In this document: one piece after another, positions 54,511-64,000 of the stretch | Layout of the letters: each line of letters begins with the position of its first letter | Position numbering within the stretch: position 1 is the first letter of the stretch | NCBI GenBank assembly: GCA_012295275.1 | Contig: CM022671.1 | Span: forward strand, 20,832,001-20,896,000 | Direction of reading: 5' to 3' | DNA: 64,000 nt | Origin: Chrysomallon squamiferum | Taxonomy: Eukaryota > Animalia > Mollusca | The notes under the pieces: model-generated | The model's input: only the letters and a program-made list of their open reading frames with translations | Databases searched by the model: none | What the model was told of the DNA's origin: nothing | Position numbers and translations under genes: made by a program

Positions 54511-55273
54511 TTTGTATGCATCCATATATGGACGTATGACTGCTTACATACATTTTTCGAAAATAAATATGTGTGTGTATATGCGCGTTATGTCTATATG
54601 CAACAGAACCTGTCCATAACGGACTAACAGTGGATGTCACAGAGAAGTTTCTATCATACAGAGCAAGAACACGTAACAATATATATTACAATAAAAAAGA
54701 AAAATTCAATCTGTCAGTGGGTTTGATTGTGACATGCAGCAGTATCACAAAAAATGATAGAAAATACATATTATTTATTATCAAATATTAAAATGACAAG
54801 TAGGATTTCTTGAAACAAACAGTCACACAGTCGCATGCGTTTGCAATGTTAACCTATTGACAATAATTCTAGTGATCAACATAGAATAATACTGAATTAA
54901 TTCGGTCGACTGTCTGAATTATACATTCTTTACAGAGCTACAGCCGCTTGTTCCAAACTGACATGAATATAGTTATTTTGTTGTTAAAAACCATATTCGC
55001 AAAAATTTTAATACAAAACAACTGCAACAAAAAAGTATAAAACTAAAATAATAAAATAATAATAAAAAAAAAAAAAATATAAACACTGGGGAAACAAAAT
55101 GATGATGTTTCAGAAATTTCATTTAAGTGAAGAAAAAACAGCTATAACTAATCATCTGGTATTCTTTTTATTAAAATCAATTGTCACTGCACAGAAGAAA
55201 AAAAAGAGAAGAAAATCGCAGAAGAAAGCTTCTCACTTTAACTGAAATATAATTTCTTTCTATTTCTATTTAG

Positions 55274-55305
<32 letters not shown>

Positions 55306-57623
55306 ATCAGACATATACTTAAAAGAAAAAAAAGAGATAAAATTAAAAATTTCTAAGAAAATATTTGTACAAACTTATTTCGTGAGAATATTTTATGACA
55401 CCAGTTGTCTGAGTACTGTAATATGATATCTGATTTGTTGTGTTGCAGGCTGGGAAAGAAAGATACCGCGATATCTAATTAGAAAATGACATATGAAAAC
55501 ATACTTCTCAACAACGTAACATCCTAAATAACTGTAATGCGAAATCCACATTGCACATATATCTAATGCGATTTAAAAATAATAAAAAAAAAAAAAAAAA
55601 AAAAAATGAATAAGGATAACACTAATACTTAATTCCATTGCATCAAAAATAAATTTTCTCTGTTATTTTTATTTGTTAATTTTTTATTTTTTTTTATTTT
55701 TTTATTTTTTATTTTTTTTTTTTTTTTTTGATAATTATATCATTATTGACCCTCTGTGCATGGATAGAGTCAAACCTGAGTGACTTTAGAGTTTTGCCTG
55801 TAATGTATTGTTATGTATTTTGTATTGTATGTACTGATAGGCACCTTTCTATAACATCCATCGAGAGCTCGTCGTAAATATGTAAATACATAAATATAAA
55901 TAAGATGTGTGTTATGTCACAGATATACAAGACGATCAAAATCGAACTGTCTTGACATTTTAGGAATGCATTTACTTACAGACCATGTTATCAGAGTGTA
56001 TAAATTAAAGCCTAACAGTAAATCTGAAAATATCGTCTGTAAGTATGTTCAGACACTTTGTTCGATTTTGACCATCATTTTTCGCTTAATGAAACAGAAA
56101 ATACACAAACAAATCAGGCGAGTTCACTAAATAAATATCTAATAAATATATTTAAAGCGAATAACTACTAAACGATGTCTCATCACTTACTGAGAAACAG
56201 ATAATGAGGAAAATAGAACTACGTAATCTCTGGTACAGATAACTCTCTTTACTTTTTAACATTTAAGTATCCATTAAACGAATTTTGTTGTTATCAAAAG
56301 GTAATAATTTGATGGAAAACTTTGGGACAACATTTATCATTACCACAAATTATATGTATGTTATTTAATTATACAAATAACAAGATCTGACCATGACTGC
56401 GATGGATGTAAGTTTCAAAATGAATTTTATTTCATTACAGACAAAAAAGGTACATGCCAAATTGATTCATCTATCATGATGATTCCAGAAATAGTATTTT
56501 TGAAGTAAAAGTCAAACGTAATCTGCTTAAATTGAAGTACATTTTATATCGCTTCTTTTCAAAATTAATTTATTAGAATTTAAATACGGCTGTAAAAAAA
56601 AAAAAAAAAATGGAACAATAAAACTTAAAATATAGGTTTTTTTCTCTTTAACCTCATACCGCAATCTGTAACAACATTAACGGAATCTTAACAAGTGTTC
56701 CCAGAAATATCTTCACCTTATGTCACATTTACTGCGACGTTTTTGGTTTTAGATAAATAGAAACACAAATTTCAAATATTTAAATAATGATTTTAAAAAG
56801 TCTGTTCAACTTTATTCTGCTGATGTACTTTTTATGTATGTGTAGCAAAAAAAAAACAAATAAATAAAAATTTGATCTGTCAACATGTCAGATTTGGATT
56901 GTCTTTAAAATGTGACAGATTCAGAACAAGTTGCATAGATAAAAGTTTTGAATAATTTGGTTTTGAAACAGATTTCTGGATAAGTTCTTATTTGCACTGA
57001 ACTAAGATACCATACATATAACGTACAATAAGGATCATTAGCAATATACACTTTTTTTTTTTCAGCCGAACAAAAAGAAACAGGAGAGAAAACAAAATGG
57101 AAAAAAAGAAACCCAAGTGCGATACGTATGACAAAACCAATAAGAAAACGCGTCGTCTTCCCTGATCCTGTCTAAAAACGTGTAGTTTCGCTAACTGTGA
57201 AGCGAAGTCAAGTAATGTAACGCAAAACGAAAACGACAATCCTATTAGAACTGTCTGTTCGACTTTGCGAATACTCCCGTTGACCAGGGTGAAGCCTGTG
57301 CGCATCCATAGCAGTAGAAGACAAAAACGTAATTCGAGCTATGTGTTGGGAATAATACGACGGGTCTCGTGGCGTAATGGTCGTATCAACATTGAGGGTG
57401 ATAGTTGCCGAGTTTTTCTCAACACCGTTGTTAAATGGCTTTGCTCGGAGTAAAATATGGTCGAATAATTTAATGGGTTTTTGTTGCGTAACGGTCAAAT
57501 GAGATGGAGCATTTGATTTGATCAACACCGCTAGTACAGTCAGGCCATGTCTGAGTGATGCGTTACTTACTCCAAAGAAAATAATGTATAAATTAAGAAA
57601 TGACAATTAAATTGTTAGTACTT

Positions 57624-57704
<81 letters not shown>

Positions 57705-58894
57705 GTGAAATGGTCCCACAACGCTAAGGTTTCTGTTAAAATTATAATGTAACAGAAAGAAAATTTTAAAATATTAATCATAAGATTTAATATTAGCAAT
57801 TTAACAGAACTCGGTGATATTTATATTATCATTGTTTCTAACACGGCTTTTTTAAACAATCTTTTGTTGTTTTTGTTTTTTTAAATTAAACTGTTAGTGA
57901 TAGAAAAGTTTTGTTAAACAGCAAGCAAGAAAGGTTTTTTCAGTACTGCAACTAAAGCAGTCTTATATAGTTTTATTTCATTCATGAATTAATGCTTTGA
58001 AGAAAAAAGTTTTAATTTTATCTGAATTTTGAAAGCGATATTAGACAATATGTAATCTAAAGAAAGAAACAGAGAAATAGATAATATTGTACAGAGGAAG
58101 ATTAATAAATAGACTGACAGATAGACAGACAAACAGACAGAAACAAAGAAAGACAATCAAACAGACAGACAGATAAATAGCTAGATAATTAATTAATAAG
58201 CCAGTTTATTTTAATTGTACTAATTTCGACTGTTCTTTTTTAACAATTACATTATATTTTTTAATTATAAAAAAAGATTTTTTTCTTTGTTTAATTTCCC
58301 ATATTAAAAGTATACGTACGTATTGTCATAGCGATTTACTTGCACCAATAAACACACTCACAATTAGGTCAGGACAAGAACATCTTGTACAAGAAAAATC
58401 ATGATAATTGTTAATCCAGTACAAAACGTAGAATAATCTGTTGAATCTTTACAAACAAAACGTTAATTTCATTAAAATCGCGACATCAGACATTTCGTGA
58501 CATTTTTATCATCTGTATTTTCTTTGGTCTCAATAACGATCGTACATTACCGTATTTTTTCCAATGTTTGTTATGCTACGGAGTTCCTGAACAAGTTTAT
58601 AAATTTCAAAACGGTTTTGTGGTCATTGTTCAAGTTCGGCACAGATTAGGAATTGGGATCACTAATGTTTTTAATTTCCGGATAATTTCAGCACAAGTGA
58701 AGTAACAATCGAATGTAAAGTTGAAAGCTAAGCTGGTCGTTTATATTAAATCAGTTAAGTTCAGCCTTCATTAGAATTTCTCTTAGCTTACTGAATTCTG
58801 ATCGCTAGCACATTAAATTGTCACTTTCGAATCGGTGGACATATAATAATTTTTTTTTAAACTATTCAGTTTTATATAAATAAATCGGAAAATT

Positions 58895-59001
58895 ATACAT
58901 ACATACATACATACATACATACATACATACATACATACATACATACATACATACATACATACATACATACATACATACATACACACATACACACACACAC
59001 A
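58895..59001. repeat. (CATA)n(CA)n microsatellite
   Basis: Direct reading. Confidence 0.97.
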
Positions 59002-61039
59002 TTGTCTCAATGACAGAACGGTATCATCGCCTTCGGAGTGCGGGCGAATGGGTAACATACACAATGGACTTTAAATCGGCATCTGACCGGGTTTGTGAGG
59101 TCGTGATTGGACTTTGTCCTGCGCCGGTGCGTTCCCGAATATTGTCAATGTACAGATGCTATTCAGACGTACATACGACAGAAAATATTCATAATCCTAA
59201 ACTACATATATACATATACATATGTGTGTGTGTGTGTGTGTGTATGAATGTTCATATATAATCATATGTGTCTCTATATATATGTATGAATGCGTGTCTT
59301 TGTCATGGCAGATCAATATTTTCTAAATAACCTTTCAGTTTTATACTGTTTGTTTATATATTAGTGTGCGCCTATCGATTTATCATCTAATGCTCGAAGA
59401 AGAATGAAATACGGCTGTAGGTAACAGGACTTTCTGATACACAACTAAATATGTTTTAAATGTATGAGATATTGTCAAACAAGAAGTAAGACAGTGATTA
59501 CCCTAGTGGGTGGCTAATGGCCTTCTGAAGGATTTCCAATCTGTCCTGTAATGAATTCCTAAATAGAACGTGAACCAGAATGAATCATTAAGTAAAATAA
59601 AATGTTTACGTCTTCCGTGACAAAGCACATATTAGTTAACAGTGAATACTATCACCAATATTTGCTACATATATTCTAAAAAAACAAAAAGGTTTACAAG
59701 AAATTTTGAAGAGAAAACTGCAATCTCTAGTTTAAAATGGACTGAGATAACGTATTAATTTATTTATGTACGCATGGATTAAAGTGTGTTTTTATTTTTA
59801 GTATAATCCCTATGTTTTTACAATTGTCTTTTATTTGTTTGTAAATGTGGGTGTCTGAATGTCTCTAAGCCGATAGAAATAAATTAGAAGGTTAGTTCAG
59901 CATTCTGAGTTTGAATAAATAAATGAATGAATAAACTGACGAATGAATTGAATGACCCGATGGCTGGATGGATAAATGGAATTTTAGATGATGCACCGAA
60001 AAATTAATTAATTTATTTTTATTTTTTTATATTGTTTATTGTAATGTCAATGGGCATTACGTTATAAGTATATAATTATATTAAAGACGTAATCAGATGA
60101 TACTGTCACTAATCATAAATGTGATATTTAGTCGGTATCACGTAATAAACAGAAAACATTTATTACGACCTTTGAGCAATCAGTCACGGAGTACAGGATG
60201 GAGCGGAACAGTTCACTAGTCCAGCACTTTTTTATAGTTAACAAATGAATAATAATAATAGAAACACACACATACACACACACACACACACTTACACACT
60301 TATGCATTCAGAACACGCACATCGATATATTATATATATTAATACATTTACACATTTTGATGACTGAGCGATATTGATTACTTATAGTTTACTATTTGAA
60401 AATAAGTTCATCATCTTTTGATTCTATATAAAAAATAAATCTTAATAATTTGTATTTGTTAACAAAAACTGAAAGTCCGTTTTGTATTCACTATTGTGTA
60501 CGAAATATTCCAAAGCACTAATCCATGTAGGGTCTAAAGAAACGTTCTAGATTAATATTCGTCTTGAAAACTGATATTCTAGCGACCAAGCTACATCCTG
60601 CTCCAATGTACTGAGTCTGAAGTGTACTTTGGTTTCATTATAATGTACAATTTTAATCCAGTGTTGTTAGGTTTGACCTTGCGATTTCAAGGCCTTTAGA
60701 AACGTGTTTATCCACTAAGTCCATTGTGTAATTCTGTTTCTGTCGTAATAAGCAAGTTTTATGACATTAGGTCTTCAGAGCAGCAACATAACAGCCAATA
60801 CTAATGACAGTACTTTGATTTGTTAAAAAATAATTTTACTGCAATATAAATGTTTTCAAACTGCTCGGTACAGTTATCGTTTATTTCAGAACGATAGCAA
60901 AAGATTTATATATATTTAATTCATTATACTGAACACAACACATTCTTTCGATAAATCAGTCGAGCAGCCGTGGCTTGAACTGGAAAAAGTGATAATTAGG
61001 ACTTTAAGATGCAAATGCTCTGATTTTACTAATTATTTG

Positions 61040-61150
61040 TTCGGGCGAGAGGAGACAGATTGAGAGATAAGCGCTCAACGCGGGACTCTACGCTCGACCC
61101 TGGCGACAGCTGATTGGTTAGAGACGAGATATGCCTGGTAGCACGACCAC
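61040..61150. promoter_or_regulatory. CpG-enriched patch with adjacent X-box-like, E-box and inverted CCAAT motifs
   Basis: CCCTGGCGAC (61098-61107), CAGCTG (61107-61112), CTGATTGGTT (61110-61119); function inferred from motifs only. Confidence 0.3.
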
Positions 61151-61881
61151 AACTTGAGATGAACATTTATCAATCTCCTGATCTAACCATTGCTCCGCAA
61201 ATCGTTTCTCAAAGGTCGTTATAGGTGCTTTCCTATTTATTTAAAAGTGCACATAAACGACTCCTTCCTGCTGATCGAAAACCCCCAATCAGCTTTCTGT
61301 CTTGTTATCTGTCTGGTAGTTAACGACTGTAGCATGCAAACGTAGATTATAGTGTGTTCGCTGAGTCACTAAATAAAAAAATAAAATAAAATCACCGAAG
61401 AACAGTGTATCAGTTCAGCAGCCAAATAATGAAATAAATAAATCAACATCAAAACAAATAGAAAAATATTTATTATTTTCAGCAGTAAATATTTTTTAAA
61501 TCCAGCAAAACTAATAATCATGCTTTATGGAAATATTAAATTTCCGAATGCGAGGGAGCCTTGTTTGAAATTACTAATTTAAATATCACAACAAACTTTC
61601 AGATTCATTGTTAGATAAAAATTAGCAGTTTGAAATAACATCCATATTGCATGTGAAAGTATTTATTTTAACGCATTAATCTCATAACAAATTTCTGAAA
61701 TTATGTTTTCTTATTTTTTCTTTATTTTATTTCCGTACAATTTCCTCTCCATCCTTTATTATGAGATTTTATTAACAAAAATCATTTGACAAAGTTGAAG
61801 CGATGAATCATTTATTTTAGTACTGGTTATTTTTCTCTCTTCTGATTTCAGTAGTACAGAGTGCAAACAGTTATTTACACT

Positions 61882-62500
<619 letters not shown>

Positions 62501-63777
62501 ACTTGTGCTTTATTTTCAATGTCACTTTAACACATTATAACATCTTCATAAAATAAAGTCACTAATGAAAACTTTAATATAGATTTATTGTACGCAGTAA
62601 AATGACAAGGATCTCCCGGGACTTGCTGCAATTAAACACTTGACCGAATGTTGTAAAGCTGTGTACGAATCAAAGGTTCCCTCCACTTAGTTACGGTGAA
62701 GCTACGAATTCCCTTGATACTAAGCATAATTGATATAGATCACACACATCGCTGAAGATAAGAAAAACCTTAGTAACCCAAATAGGTTTTCGGGTGTATC
62801 TGTTCCAAACCCAAACTAAGAACACAAGTGTTAATATTTATTTGACAACGACCTTCGAGTCTGGTAATATGATGTGTGCATATTTGAAGCAGACATCACT
62901 GTTTGATAATGCTAGTAACAGTTGATTTGTTAAACGTAACGGCTAACTGAACATATTGGCAAGCTAAATAGTACAGACGCCACGTTCATCTTGCAATCGT
63001 TTGAAATTAGAACCAGACGATTTATTTCATTGCATATTAATAAGATATATATTTTTATTTATTTTTTTCATTTTAATAGATCAGTGGTTATTTTATGCTC
63101 CAGATATAGTTATTTGTGACCAAGGAAGTGGCAACGTTATTTATTTTTTAGATTATAGTATTTAGACAATTATCGTTGTTTTCAAAGTCAATAATACCGT
63201 GCAAAACGTCTGGGAATATAGGAAATATCCTTCGAGCGAACTGATTATGAATCGATCCCGTTATGCTCCGCTCCTCGGTCGAACAGGTCTGTCTCTGAGT
63301 TTTTTTTTGTAACATCAATTTGCACTGGAGCTAAATGGAAATAATTAAACCGCATTCTCTTTTTTATCAGCACAATTTTTGTTCCCAGCTCACCAGCTGC
63401 GTTCCAGTCCTAATGGCAAAATAACAGAGAAAATTAATGTTCTTTTGGGGTAACAGGAAGCATGGTAATTGTTTGGTTAAAGACACATAATCCCTAAGAT
63501 TAAATGGGAATAACCCCGTTAGTAATGGGGCGTGTAACAAATGGGAGACAATCAGTGGTGCCAATGACTGTCACGTTTATGACACAGGTTCTGTTTCAGG
63601 TGAAGAGATAGCAAGCAGTAATAAAACGATTCGACAGCAGTTTAATCACTTTTAACATAGGAAATGACTGAGTGTTGCATTTATCAGTGATCGATGTTTC
63701 AAACCAGAGAAATACACATTTGTAAAATGACAAATGTATTGGTAATCAAACAGGTTTATTTCTACATTTGATGTCTG

Positions 63778-63778
<1 letters not shown>

Positions 63779-63846
<68 letters not shown>
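63779..63846. repeat. (ATT)n microsatellite
   Basis: Direct reading. Confidence 0.97.
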
Positions 63847-64000
63847 GATGTTGTTGTTGGTGATGGTGTTGGTGGTGTTATTATTATCATCATTATTTAT
63901 TTATTTATTATGTACAGGTATCGTAAACATGAGTTCGTCATACACAAATAAAACCATAATTTATTCATTCATTTGTTTCATCAGACTTCTAAGTTTATTC

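Noticed and set aside
57697-57820. Imperfect inverted repeats (TTCTGTTAAA...TTTAACAGAA), also near 29755-29812, as a MITE or pre-miRNA
   Set aside because: Short, AT-rich and interrupted; compatible with chance.

Overview
AT-rich, microsatellite-saturated animal genomic DNA. The repeat style and intron layout suggest a mollusc, probably a coleoid cephalopod (inference, not proven). One protein-coding gene is recognisable: the last seven coding exons (+ strand, 37292-46745; 2223 nt = 740 aa plus stop; all GT-AG with consistent phases) of a class C GPCR of the metabotropic glutamate receptor family, covering most of the Venus flytrap domain, the 9-Cys domain, the 7TM and the C-tail. I found no 5' coding exons, so bases 1-37291 are probably one intron of more than 37 kb. 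Main observations: (1) the distal-carboxylate Lys of the glutamate pocket is Leu (YEQEGLVQF), pointing to an mXR/mangetout-like, probably non-glutamate receptor; (2) the last intron holds a degenerate tandem array of copies of the terminal exon's own splice acceptor; (3) a G-rich 70-bp higher-order repeat starts right after the stop codon; (4) the exon carrying the Leu begins with a recursive-splice-like AG|GTAAAG. Most other listed ORFs are microsatellite or antisense artefacts. I saw no rRNA, tRNA, CRISPR array or intact transposon.
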